Shown here piece after piece: positions 1-13,400 of a DNA stretch of 64,000 nt (positions are counted from its first letter, which is position 1; each line of letters begins with the position of its first letter). The stretch is from Macrostomum hystrix (lineage: Eukaryota; Animalia; Platyhelminthes): positions 3,348,001 through 3,412,000 of the forward strand of contig CATNEN010000011.1 in the NCBI GenBank assembly GCA_950097015.1, read 5' to 3'. The notes under the pieces were generated by a model, which was not told where the DNA came from, did no database searches, and saw only the letters and a list, made by a program, of their open reading frames with translations. The position numbers and the translations under genes were made by a program.

Positions 1-115
1 GCTGCGATTCTAGCTACAACTCTTGCTGCGATTCTAGCTACAATTTTTTCTGCGGTTCTTGCTGCCATTCTAGCTACGGCTCCTGCTGCGATTCTATCTA
101 CAGCTTCTGCTTTGC
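1..115. repeat. Degenerate tandem repeat of about 24 bp (GCTGCGATTCTAGCTACA...), cut by the window edge
   Basis: Repeated GCTGCGATTCTAGCTAC motif. A related motif appears in reverse orientation at about 63915-64000. Confidence 0.55.
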
Positions 116-651
116 TTTTAGCTACATCTCATGGTGTATGCGATTCCATCTACAGCTGATACAGACTTCTACAGATATACAAACTACAGATAATACGATT
201 TCAGCAAAGGCATGCACATTGTGATATACACTTGAATCCAAGGACGAACATACATGATCAGAATTTAAAGTCGTATTGAAACCATAGAATTTATGAAAGT
301 ATCGACTCGAAAAAGAGTATTTTATTATTGTTAGTTTATTTTGTCGAATTTTTCTGATCGAATAATTTGTCAGATAGGTAAATTTTAGTTTCAGTAAATC
401 AGTTAGTTAATATAACACACGTAATAAACACAGTGAATTAAATAAAATAAAAATGCTGATATAGGCGATAATTATTCAACAAAATGCTTTTTCATGTTAG
501 TTTTGCACCAGAGATATAGCTAGTATTATATAAACATCGGTATAAAAATAAGTAAATTTTTGTCCACACAAAAATAGGAAAACTAAAAGCCAAATATAGC
601 ATCGCACTTGTAGTTTGTAGCAGAAAAGCGAATAGATTAAGTATGAAATGT

Positions 652-3600
652 TCACTCATTTGGATTCAGCTTATAAGCCACCATTGAGTCCACCTTGTGA
701 ATGGATGTTGTGAATGATTTTAGCTTAACCTCAACCGAGTTGGAGACAAACTGCGGTCCTGTGTCTGCCCACTCACTGTTGGGCAGTTCAATGTTCTTGT
801 CGCAGTAGATCAACAGGTCGAAGCTGCCTGTAAATTGGTTAATAAATAAATCAATCAATTTTTAGTGGCGAAATTTGATTGCTTCAGTTACGAGCATAGC
901 AAGTAGTAGCCTAGTGGTTAGAGCGTCTGACTCAGGGCTTAAAGGTCGATTCGCGATTGCACTGGAACAATTTTTGTCCTTTAGCAAGACACATCACTCT
1001 GCCTTTAGTTAACCCAACCCAACCCAACCTCAGAAGTCCATGGACTGAACTCCTGATAGCTGCGGCTGTGCTGTCTTCATTTTTTTTATTACACCTGCCC
1101 CAATTGGGTCAGATGTGCAGCCGACAGCACAGCCGCAGCTAATGCGCGGCGCATCTGAAGGCTGCGTACAGCTGTTCAGTCCATGGACTGGGGGGACGCC
1201 ACACCCACCCTCAATTATCCCAGCTGATGCTGGTACCCATTTAACAGCTGCTAGGCTAACACTATAACACTAGGCTACAACCTCTAGTTGTAGGCTACAA
1301 TAACAATTATTATTAGTACATATTCTCTTTGTTTCTCTTTGTTTCATACTCTTTGTTTCATATACACCGAAACGAGAGATATTTGCCCGCCAACAAACAT
1401 TGCCTATGGCCCAAGGCGGATACAAAAGCGCCTAGTAACCGGGCGTGAACGGTCATTTCTTCGCCCCGCTGCGATGTCAAACTTAGATTGGCTACAGTAT
1501 ACCAATTTCAACACAGAGACTCACATTGAAAGTCCAAAGCCGGAAGAAAGGTCACGCTGGCCACGATCTGTCTAATGACATCGGCAATGTCCTTCTTCAC
1601 CTGCTTCTCGTCCTTCTCGGCTGGCATTCTGCATTTTTTATTTGAATTAAAAAAATCAAAGCGATTATGTTCGTTCGAAATACGCTACTAACAGTAGAAA
1701 TGAAGCAAATCTTACGGCTCATCCGGTTTGGCACTCTTGTCGCACTTAATGTCGAATTGCCAGCGCTCGATCACTTCCTGTGTGGAGACGCGGCGAATCA
1801 CTAAGACCAGCTTCTCAATAACTAGCTCGGATAGCCATTCTGCGAAATAGAGACAAGGGCAGGATATTGTCTTGATCAGTCCTGGTGAGCTTGGGATGTT
1901 AAGAAAATGTCTTGGAAATATGTCGCGAGGCTCTAGGATTTTAGATCTATCCTGGGGATGTTGAAGGATTCGGATCAGTCCTTAGGCTATGGAAGTATTG
2001 GCGATCTGTCTTAGGGATCCAACATTTTTCGTGTAGGCTATAATTGAAGGATTGGGGATCAGTCCTTAGGCTATAATTGAAGGATTGGGGATCTGTGCTG
2101 GGGATCTTGAAGGATAGGAGATCAGTCCTTAGGCTATAATTGAAGGATTGGGGATCTGTGCTGGGGATCTTGAAGGATAGGAGATCAGTCCTTAGGCTAT
2201 AATTGAAGGATTGGGGATCTGTGCTGGGGATCTTGAAGGATAGGAGATCAGTCCTTAGGCTATAATTGAAGGATTGGGGATCTGTCCTGGGGATCTTGAA
2301 GGATAGGAGATCAGTCCTTAGGCTATAATCGAAGGATTGGGATCTGTCCTGAGGATCTTGAAGGATTGGAGATCAGTCCTTAGGCTATAATCGAAGGATT
2401 GGGGATCAGTCCTTAGGCTATAATCGAAGGATTGGGGATCTGTGCTGGGGATCTTGAAGGATAGGAGATCAGTCCTTAGGCTATAATCGAAGGATTGGGA
2501 TCTGTCCTGAGGATCTTGAAGGATTGGAGATCAGTCCTTAGCTATAATCGAAGGATTGGGATCTGTCCTGAGGATCTTGAAGGATTGGAGATCAGTCCTT
2601 AGCTATAATCGAAGGATTGGGGATCAGTCCTTAGGCAATAATCGAAGGATTGGGGATCTGTCCTTAGGCTATAATCGAAGGATTGGGGATCAGTCCTTAG
2701 GCTATAATTGAAGGATTGGGGATCTGTGCTGGGGATCTTGAAGGATTGGAATTTGGGATTCGTCCTAAGGCTTTATGAGGATTTAGAATTTGTCACGGCG
2801 ATCTTGAATGATTGGGCATTTGTCCTAAGGTTCTAGGAGGACTTGGAATCTGTCAGTAGAATCTTGGGGATAGCAAGAAGATCATTAATTGTAGGAAAAT
2901 GCTTACGTTTCACTTGGTCCAAGATCTTCTTCAAGTAGGCTCTTAGCTTCTCATCGGATGTGACCAGAACTGTGAGACCATATTTCTGCTCAAACTTGAA
3001 CGACTCACTTGGATAGATGCCTCGCTGGTAGAGGATAGAATTAACAGCATAGTCTGTTGGGAGGGCAAAAATTTAGGTAACTTACTAAAACATTAAATGG
3101 ATTATTATAAGTATGCTGGTAGAGAAATAGAGAAACAAATGTATAAGCAATAATCATAAATTTGAGAAAAATGGCGCTCAGGTTATTTATCAAACTTGGA
3201 TCTAAAGCAGTGGTAGGCAAACTTATTTGCTGGCGGGCCAAAGAGAGAACCTAAAAGACGACAACGGGCCGCATTGACTGTATAATATGAGATAGGGGAG
3301 AGATGAGACACGGGAGAGATTAGACAGGAGAGAGATTAGACACGGGAGAGATGAGACACGGGAGAGATCAGACAGGGGAGAGATTAGACACGGGAGAGAT
3401 AAGACAGGGGAGAGATTAGACACGGGAGAGATAAGACAGAGGAGAGATTAGGCACGGGAGAGATAAGACAGGGGAGAGATTAGACACGGGAGAGATAAGA
3501 CACGGGAGAGATAAGACACGAGAGCGATGAGACACAGGAGAGATTACACACGGGAGAGATGAGACACAGGAGAGATTAGACACGGCAGAGATGAGACACA

Positions 3601-6116
3601 GGAGAGATTAGACACGGCAGAGATGAGACCAGGAGAGATAAGACACAGGAGAGATGAGACACAGGAGAGATAAGACACAGGAGAGATAAGACACGGGAGA
3701 GATCTAAGACACGAGAGCGATGAGACACGGGAGAAATTAGACACGAGAGCGATGAGACACAGGAGAGATTAGACACGGGAGAGATAAGACAGGGGAGAGA
3801 TTAGACACGGGAGAGATAAGACACGGGAGAGATAAGACACGAGAGCGATGAGACACAGGAGAGATTACACACGGGAGAGATGAGACACAGGAGAGATTAG
3901 ACACGGCAGAGATGAGACACAGGAGAGATTAGACACGGCAGAGATGAGACCAGGAGAGATAAGACACAGGAGAGATGAGACACAGGAGAGATAAGACACA
4001 GGAGAGATTAGACACGGGAGAGATTAGACACGAGAGACATGAAACAGGACACTGTAGATGTCAGAAGGGGTAATGGGCCGGATTTGGGAGCTTCAAGGGC
4101 CGCATCTGGCCCGCGGGCCGGAGTTTGCCGACCCCTGATCTAAAGCAATGTTTGCATGATAATCCTCATAATTTATATAAGTGTATAGCTATTGACACAT
4201 TTAAATGCAAGACTATTTTGTGTTGATGTTGATGTATGAGTTTATAGCTATATAGCCTACTTTCATTGCATATAGTTTTGCTTGAGCTAAAGCTATAAAA
4301 TTAGGCATTTAAATAATACAAAAAATGTATTTTTTAAAGAAGTCCTTAACTATACAAATATACCAAGTATGCTATTGCATAAAACAAACAATCCCCTTAC
4401 TTCTGTATTGTAATCTCACCCCTTCATTTTTTATACATGATATATACAAATTTGACTTAAAGAGATTGTAATATGACAGTGGCAGACATATTAAGTACTC
4501 TTTTATAAAAATCAAGTATATTGCAGACTATATTCTAGTGGCAAAAAGGAAAAAAAAACAGAATACAATATAATTTAAAATGACATTCATAGTTTTTTTA
4601 AGTCTTTAGGGCAATTCCATACTAGCTTTGTTGCAGCATCATGGCCTACATAAAGAAAGTGGACTGACTTCTATCATAAATGTGCAACACCTGGCCAAAC
4701 CGGCTGGGTGAAACAAGGGCCAAGCAAGGTAAGTCACAAAAACCAATCAAACAAGTGCAAAAAATCAAATGGGGGACCAAGGGACAAAAAAGGAAGGCGT
4801 GAAGAAGAGCAAAAACTAAGTCGCACAGCCAGCTAAGATTTGGGAGGTTGCACATGTATGACTTGTATAGTGCAGATCATGTAAAGTGCACACGAGAAAC
4901 AAGCCAAAACTAATCCCCAAAAGCACACTGACAGCAAGTGAATGCATGCCGATGCACACCAACTGTGGAAACTAAACCAGGACTAGGACTACTAACCACA
5001 GGTAACTTGTCTTAATGTCACTTATGCCTTTACACTGGCTAATTAAGTTTATATGTAAATAAGTCAAAATAGCAAAAAAATGAAACTTTTTTAATTGCAA
5101 CAAAACAAAACAGTAAAACAAAGCAACAAAAGAAGTAAACAAAAATTGTCTTTAAAATGTGTATTTCTCAATGATGCATTTATTTATCAAAAATAAAAAA
5201 ACTTTATTTTGTACTGTTAATATACAGAAGAATTATTTTTTAATTTAAATACCATAATACATATTTTATCAGCATAGCAATGCATTGGCAACATTGCTAG
5301 GCTAGGCACGCCAGAATAATTTCTAATGTAGTGTGCATTATACAATCTGAATGAACGCCACTTACCTATTTGCATGCTACTTTTGAAAATAAATGCGAGA
5401 AAATTCTTGCGTGCACTACATGATCCACACTATGGACTGACTTGCTCTAAATAGCTAGGCCCTAATTCAAAATGAAGTTCAAGTATTTTTTTATCTGTAG
5501 CTATACAGTAAGTATAAAAGCCTATGTATTATTTAAATTGCTAAAATTAGAAAAAATGGAACTACAAAACCATAAGCTAAAATGATCTTATGGTCCTAAC
5601 TACAGCCTACAGGATTGACAAATGAAAAATATATATAAGCATAATTTCTAAGAAATAGTTTTTTTACTAAGGTAAATTGCAACCTTAGTTGTATATTTAT
5701 ATCAATGAAATTTTATTTACTATCATTTCACACATTCCCACAAGGAACTAAATGAATTTATAACCTGCAAATAATGGCCTAGAAAAAGTTGTATTCAACA
5801 ACAAAACTTTCAAATTTGCAATTTACACCAGTCTCAAATTCCTATCAGCTAATGTCTACTTGTAAAGGACTTTTAGGTTATATATACATAGTAGGCCCAA
5901 CATCTACTTCAGCTAGAAAATAAGATTGATAGATATCGAATGTATTTAATAATACTTTAACTTAAATGACAAGTTTAAATACCTACTTATAGTCTAGTAT
6001 TATTATTTTTCGCACTATATTAGCTAGCTACGAAAATACTTACAAAAAAATTCGGAAACAGTCTGTGTAGAGCCTTTTAATGTTATTGCATGCTTTGTCT
6101 TCTGTGCCACTGGCAT
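652..6116 (-). CDS. MAD2L1: Mitotic spindle checkpoint protein MAD2 (HORMA domain), 5 exons, 207 aa
   Basis: Exons 6044-6116, 2907-3053, 1716-1839, 1525-1628, 652-827. All junctions are GT-AG and phases add to 624 nt. Translation MPVAQKTKHAITLKGSTQTVSEFFYYAVNSILYQRGIYPSESF...ERWQFDIKCDK...SFDLLIYCDK...GPQF...LKSFTTSIHKVDSMVAYK matches MAD2 motifs. Confidence 0.96.
905..1250. mobile_element. Two overlapping, oppositely oriented tRNA-derived SINE copies
   Basis: A-box-like TAGCCTAGTGGTTAGAGCG and B-box-like GGTCGATTCGC at 905-955. 1090-1250 is the reverse complement of the SINE body at about 58380-58525 (shared AAATGGGTACCAGC, CAGTCCATGGACTG, TAGCTGCGGCTGTGCTGTC). Confidence 0.7.
1990..2750. 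repeat. Composite minisatellite in MAD2 intron 2 (two related units of about 30-33 bp)
   Basis: GATCAGTCCTTAGGCTATAATCGAAGGATTGGG alternates with ATCTGTGCTGGGGATCTTGAAGGATAGGA. Confidence 0.9.
3208..4137. mobile_element. hAT-type MITE carrying an internal minisatellite of about 16 bp
   Basis: Termini CAGTGGTAGGCAAACT and AGTTTGCCGACCCCTG. Perfect 8-bp TSD ATCTAAAG at 3200-3207 and 4138-4145. Internal GGAGAGAT(T/G/A)AGACAC(G/A) repeats at about 3290-4040. Confidence 0.9.
4675..4860. mobile_element. 186-bp hAT MITE, same family as the element at 60985-62402
   Basis: TIRs CATAAATGTGCAAC and GTTGCACATGTATG. 8-bp TSD ACTTCTAT/ACTTGTAT (1 mismatch). Shares subterminal AGCAAGGTAAGTC and TTTGGGAGGTTGC. 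Confidence 0.8.
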
Positions 6117-7445
6117 TTTTGTAGCTTTTTACAAAGTAGACTCAGAAAAAATAACACTAAATTATTTGCCAGCTATTTTAATTTTCGTGTAGCTAGTTTT
6201 CAGTCGCTTACTATTGCTTGCAATCGTGTAGTGAATAGTGAATTTTTTCACACTTTGAATGTTAGAAGTTTAGAAAGATTTATACTTCCTTAAAGTTTCC
6301 GAATGAAAGAGTTAAAATACTAGATACATTACATTTATGTAAGCAGTAGAACCATGGAAAATCAAGAAGCAGTGCGTGCGCGTGTCCCTTCGTAGTTTTA
6401 AATTATTATGTGTTATTTTAAACAATTTAAATTACTTTCAGGAAAAATAACTTATCCTATAATTGCTTTTATGATTAATTAAATTTTATTTACATATAGA
6501 TTATTGTTTTATTGCCTTGTTTTAACAAATATATTGTGTTTTTGCGCCACGAAAACTAAACCTTTTCTCATTTTAAGTTTCGACAAAGTACTGTGTGCAT
6601 ATTGTACTTAATAAGCATTAGACAGCGGGTGAGTTTGGCATAAAAACCGGATCGAACAACCCGAAAAAAGGCACTCTGGAACTAAACTCTAGCAATTTTG
6701 CAGAATTTGCTGGTGATTTTTTTAAAAGCTAGTTTATTTAAGCCCTGAAACTAAGCAGCAATTTTTTAAACTACACACAATTATTTATCTGCGCTGGATA
6801 AGCTTGGCAAAATATTATCAGAGTTGATTAGTTAATATTAGAACTATCTCTAGTGTTTTAGAAGTATACGTCTAGCCATTCATGAAGCAGAAACACGACA
6901 AGTAAAAAGTTACCAATAACATTTTTAAGAAGCAAAATGTTTTTTGTTTACAGTTTAACTGACTGGTCCTACTGCAGGACTGGACAGCTGTGTACGCATA
7001 AAAGCTTCGCGCAATGGCTCCAGCTATAATGCGACTGGCTGCATATCTCGCCAAATTGGATTAGATTTAGTTCAATTGTTTTCTAAGGTTCTCTCTAAAA
7101 GTGCGAGTTATACGAACACTTTGGAAGTAACACTGATTTTAAAGAAACGTAGGCAACTTGTATGCAACGTGCTGTGCAAACAAAACAACATTCACAAACA
7201 ACATGATGTACATCTGGGCATGTTTTACCAAACGATAGGAAATTTAAATTTCAATTTAGCAGAATCAAGTTTTTTATTGAATTGAGAAAAATGAGGGCTA
7301 TGCAATTTAAGCATTAATAAATTGAGTTACCGAAAAATAGTAAGTTATTGAGTCTTGAGTATTGAGTCTTTTTACCGAAAAAAATAAGTTTTTGTTAATT
7401 TAACTAATTTTGACGATTCATTTTCATTGCTTTTTGAGAACAAAG

Positions 7446-10400
7446 TCATGCAGTCTTTGTCTCATGGCCAAGAATTTTTCCCAGCCTGGTGACAACTTCG
7501 GCTGGTGAAATTCGTTGTGCCGGATCATCCTTGGTGCAGTCAATGATGATGCTGTTGATCTCGTCGTCCGACTCATTGTCCGAATTTTGAGCAGGCGTGA
7601 GCTTGCAGCCGAACCTTTTAGAATTTGAGAATAAATCGTTTTGTTTTTTTAATATGACGGTTTGCGAAAGAAAATATTGCTTGCACGAAATACTGATCAG
7701 AGACAAATCAGAGATTGCGGAAATACAGAGGGCTTTATCTGTACTGAATAGCTGTTATTGAAGTGTGTACTGAATAGCTGTTATTGAAGTGTGTACTGAA
7801 TAGCTGTTATTGAAGTGTGTACTGAATAGCTGTTATTGAAGTTTTTACTCTATAGCGTTTAAGGACGAAGCTTGAGGAAGCTATAGGTCATGCGGGAATG
7901 TTTAAACGAGAAGCGTCAATAACATTCCAATTGACTCACAAAAGAGCCCTCAAAACAATGCCCAAGCTGAACACGTCAATGCTGTTGTAAATCACGGATC
8001 TGACCATGTGTTTAGCACTCGACTGAGGCAGCAGTTCCGGCGGAAATGTGCCATGAAATAGACTCGCCCTCCGGCGCTTTAGCAGCAGACGAACGGACCG
8101 AGCCAGGCCGCAGTCCGTTAGGAGCACTGATCTGCCATCTGGGCAGACCTGCGGAGGCGTGTGAGATCAGACTAGGAAATGAGCAGATTCTGATGGAATT
8201 AGTGGGTAAAAAAATTCCTGTTCTCTACCCTTCCCAGTGAAAGCAGCAGTTGTAAAGCCTTACAAAGATGTTGGCCAAATGCAGATTCGTATGGGGCTGC
8301 CGATCTCGATGCATCTCAACCAGTGCCTCAGCTATGCTCAAACCGATTTTGAGTCTGTCAGAGAGTAGTGAATCTTGGCAAAGTTGGTCTAGTTGCTTCT
8401 GCAAGCTGTTCGACAATCTCTCCGTGACGATTAGTAGCTTCCATAGAACCGGTTCATTATTCAATTTCTCTAGTTTCAGGTACTGAATCCTTTGCAGGAA
8501 CTTGTTGCTTGTGGTGCTGCAAGATGAAATAATCGTCTTTCACCAGCCTGTCACCTCAGAGCGGTCAAGACCTCAAAAAACTTACCAGCTATAATGAAGC
8601 GCAGAAGTCATAGCGCTTAGCTGTTCATCGTCCAGGTAGAGTTTTTTTATCACCATGGCAACCGTTTCAAATTCGGACTTGACGCAATTCACGGCGTACA
8701 GCGGATTGCCCTGACCGCTGACGGCGATGCAGCTGCGATCAGCCCGCAGTATTTCGTTGAAGCTGGCTTCGCCGAGGACTGAGAACATGCGAAGCCACAG
8801 CTTCAGGCACGTCAGGCTGCTGTCTCGCAGACAATTCCAACGACTCTTTAATCCCGCTAGGAGAGCTTCGACCAGAGGCTTGGCTCGCTCGACGGCCTCT
8901 TGAGTGTCCGCTTGGGCCACGTAGATCAGGGTGTTGAGCTGATCGGCCCACTGCTTCAGCGCAGGCAACAGATCTGAGGAGCCTATATTTAAGAGAGCGG
9001 CTGCGAATGAAAATGAACTTTTAACACTCTCTCATTTTAAGACAGTGCACACTCTCTAATTGCATCAAGCCTTAGATGTACCGCCGTGAGAAAATACAAT
9101 TGTTAGTTGCTTCTAGCTTACGCATATAATTTTCGGCCGTATCCAGTCTCCATTTGGGATCCGTCCATTGCTGCTGTTGCTTGGACGATCGATGACGAAA
9201 CGCCTCAGCGGCACTCGAGCTAAACCTACGGCTAAGCGTCCGAGCCATTCCGGTCTTCGTTCTTTCAACCTCCAGTTTGATTGTTAATTTCCGATTAATT
9301 TCGGGAGCGAGGATTTCGTCAAAGTTAACCGCTTGGAATTCGGTCAGCTTAGCGATGACTTCATCAGTTGTTCGAAGTCGATCGGCAGTTATAGCGTCGG
9401 CAAATTGTTGGCAAAATTCAGACTGCAATCCGCGGACAAGGCGGAGGATTTCCTCCTCTGCCCAGTTCTGCTGCCGAATGGCTGGCTCCTTGAACTCCAT
9501 GACCCGAACCGCTTCATTGATTTCCGTTTTTTTTTCTTTGATGATCATTCGCATTTTTTCTGCCATCAGCGCAGAGTTGTAGTTCTCAGCGTTGACGGCT
9601 GATTGTGGATCAGGACTCAAATGGGGGTGACAGAAGCTAATTATAACACCCCTACTCTGCTTAGATTAGAATGTGAAGGGACTGTCTGCACACAGCCCCT
9701 CCTCTGGTTAGATCAGAATATGAGGGGACTGTCTGCACACAACCCCTCCTCTGCTTAGATTAGAATGTGATGGGACTGTCTGCACACAGCCCCTCCTCTG
9801 CTTAGATTAGAATGAGGGGACTGTCTGCACACAGCCCCTCCTCTGCTTAGATTAGAATGTGAGCGGACTGTCTGCACACAGCCCCTCCTCTGCTTATATT
9901 AGAATGTGAGGGGACTGTCTGCACAAACCCCTCCTCTGCTTAGATTAGAATGTGATGGGACTGTCTGCACACAGCCCCTCCTCTGCTTAGATTAGAATGT
10001 GAGGGGACTGACTGCACACAGCCCCTCCTCTGCTTAGATTAGAATGTGATGGGACTGTCTGCACACAGCCCCTCCTCTGCTTAGATTAGAATATGAGGGG
10101 ACTGTCTGCACACAGCCCCTCCTCTGCTTAGATTAGAATGTGAGCGGACTGTCTGCACACAGCCCCTCCTCTGCTTATATTAGAATGTGAGGGGACTGTC
10201 TGCACAAACCCCTCCTCTGCTTAGATTAGAATGTGATGGGACTGTCTGCACACAGCCCCTCCTCTGCTTAGATTAGAATGTGAGGGGACTGACTGCACAC
10301 AGCCCCTCCTCTGCTTAGATTAGAATGTGAGGGGACTGACTGCACCCAGCCCCTCCTCTGCTTAGATTAGAATGTGAGGGGACTGTCTGCACACAGCCCC

Positions 10401-13400
10401 TCCTCTGCTTAGATTAGAATGTGAGGGGACTGTCTGCACACAGCCCCTCCTCTGCTTAGATTAGAATGTGAGGGGACTGACTGCACACAGCCCCTCCTCT
10501 GCTTAGATTAGAATGTGAGGGGACTGACTGCACACAGCCCCTCCTCTGCTTAGATTAGAATGTGAGGGGACTGACTGCACACAGCCCCTCCTCTGCTTAG
10601 ATTAGAATGTGAGCGGACTGTCTGCACACAGCCCCTCCTCTGCTTAGATTAGAATGTGAGGGGACTGACTGCACACAGCCCCTCCTCTGCTTAGATTAGA
10701 ATGTGAGGGGACTGACTGCACACAGCCCCTCCTCTGCTTAGATTAGAATGTGAGGGGACTGACTGCACACAGCCCCTCCTCTGCTTAGATTAGAATGTGA
10801 GCGGACTGTCTGCACACAGCCCCTCCTCTGCTTAGATTAGAATGTGAGGGGACTGACTGCACACAGCCCCTCCTCTGCTTAGATTAGAATGTGAGGGGAC
10901 TGACTGCACACAGCCCCTCCTCTGCTTAGATTAGAATGTGAGGGGACTATCTGCACACAGCCCCTCCTCTGCTTAGATTAGAATGTGAGGGGACTGTCTG
11001 CACACAGCCCCTCCTCTGCTTATATTAGAATGTGAGGGGACTGACTGCACACAGCCCCTCCTCTGCTTAGATTAGAATGTGAGCGGACTGTCTGCACACA
11101 GCCCCTCCTCTGCTTAGATTAGAATGTGAGGGGACTGACTGCACACAGCCCCTCCTCTGCTTAGATTAGAATGTGAGCGGACTGTCTGCACACAGCCCCT
11201 CCTCTGCTTAGATTAGAATGTGAGGGGACTGTCTGCACACAGCCCCTCCTCTGCTTAGATTAGAATGTGAGGGGACTGACTGCACACAGCCCCTCCTCTG
11301 CTTAGATTAGAATGTGAGGGGACTGTCTGCACACAGCCCCTCCTCTGCTTAGATTAGAATGTGAGGGGACTGTCTGCACACAGCCCCTCCTCTGCTTAGA
11401 TTAGAATGTGATGGGACTGTCTGCACACAGCCCCTCCTCTGCTTAGATTAGAATGTGAGGGGACTGTCTGCACACAGCCCCTCCTCTGCTTAGATTAGAA
11501 TGTGATGGGACTGTCTGCACACAGCCCCTCCTCTGCTTAGATTAGAATGTGAGGGGACTGTCTGCACACAGCCCCTCCTCTGCTTAGATTAGAATGTGAG
11601 GGGACTGTCTGCACACAGCCCCTCCTCTGCTTAGATTAGAATGTGAGGGGACTGACTGCACACAGCCCCTCCTCTGCTTAGATTAGAATGTGAGGGGACT
11701 GACTGCACACAGCCCCTCCTCTGCTTAGATTAGAATGTGAGCGGACTGTCTGCACACAGCCCCTCCTCTGCTTAGATTAGAATGTGAGGGGACTGTCTGC
11801 ACACAGCCCCTCCTCTGCTTAGATTAGAATGTGAGGGGACTGACTGCACACAGCCCCTCCTCTGCTTAGATTAGAATGTGAGGGGACTGTCTGCACACAG
11901 CCCCTCCTCTGCTTAGATTAGAATGTGAGGGGACTGTCTGCACACAGCCCCTCCTCTGCTTAGATTAGAATGTGATGGGACTGTCTGCACACAGCCCCTC
12001 CTCTGCTTAGATTAGAATGTGAGGGGACTGTCTGCACACAGCCCCTCCTCTGCTTAGATTAGAATGTGATGGGACTGTCTGCACACAGCCCCTCCTCTGC
12101 TTAGATTAGAATGTGAGGGGACTGTCTGCACACAGCCCCTCCTCTGCTTAGATTAGAATGTGAGGGGACTGTCTGCACACAGCCCCTCCTCTGCTTAGAT
12201 TAGAATGTGAGGGGACTGACTGCACACAGCCCCTCCTCTGCTTAGATTAGAATGTGAGGGGACTGTCTGCACCTAACCCCTCCTCCAGTAACGTCATAGC
12301 ACAAAGATGGATGAAAATCAAAGTAATTTCTCACCTGGAGATCTTCTTTGCCAAATCAAGGATGAAACTCCACGCCAGTCGCTTACTATCACGCATAGCA
12401 ATAGTCCTTACAGCGTGGTTATCGAAAACCTTGCTGGTCTCCTCAAGTAGCGGCATCAAAGTGCGCAGTTGCTTGTCAAGACGGTTGTCGATGCAGGTGA
12501 GAATTGTGGAGCGCAACCTACGAACAATTGTTAGAGTCCGGCTATTAATAAGCAAAAAAATGTGTTTTTGTGTAGCTGGCGACAGAACGTACTGTTAATT
12601 CACCTAATTATTTCATTCACAGAAGTGTCGTTCTGGCCGCTTAAACTTTCAATCTTGGCTGATTGACGCCTGATTGATTTTAGTTGGCGACAGGACAAGC
12701 AGAAGAAATTCTCCGCATTGTCCTCGTCGGGAATGCATCCCAGTTGAAGTAGTTTAGCCAGCACTCGACTGCGAATTGTCGTATTGGTAGCTTCGTCGAA
12801 GCCGGAATCTGACGGTGCTAAGTCGATTTTATTGAGAACAATGATCAGTTGAGAACTCGCGCAACCAAATCTGAGCTGAAGGAGGTCTTCCTCAGTCTGG
12901 AAGATAAAAAGGAAAATAAGGGAATTGATGGGGATGATGGGGTTAACGGGTTTGCCATTGGCACATTTATTTGGGGCGCAGACGCGGAGAGAAGGCTTGG
13001 GGGGCTTGTCGTGCAATTTACGCCCTTGAGGGTCGACCTCCGAGGCACAGTGAAGAAAGTCAGGGCAGATGTACACGCCTGTGTGGGTGTGTGCCTGCGT
13101 ACAGTATCTGTGTGCGTGTGTGCTCAGGATTCAGCGAAATGGGCAGAATTGCTTCCTCGCTAGTTGCGGGTCTAGTTTGGCCAAATGATGTGCCATTGCC
13201 CGCAGCCCTTCTGCAGTAATTGGAAACTATTATTTTTATATTATAAAGGGAATTGATTTTTATTTTTGCTGGCCCATATACAAGTATCGGGATCTAGGGG
13301 TACTAGGCTCGTAGATAATTTGTTCTCAGCGGAATGAGATTCCCAGCGATGAAACAGAACCGGGAACCTCTCGATTAATGCCATCATCGGCATCGATGAT

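Noticed and set aside
905-965. tRNA-like sequence (also about 44620-44670 and 58260-58320)
   Set aside because: A/B boxes are present but there is no complete cloverleaf, and each runs into a shared repeat body, so they were called SINE heads.
9655-12282. Regular direct repeats (also 56345-56937) resembling a CRISPR array
   Set aside because: Head-to-tail tandem units with no unique spacers, no cas genes, and a eukaryotic intron or intergenic context.
12849-13219. Cys-rich ORFs in the AAAGTCAGGGCAGATGTACAC repeat, reminiscent of a piggyBac C-terminal domain
   Set aside because: The cysteine spacing does not fit and frames differ between copies. No TTAA or TIR evidence.
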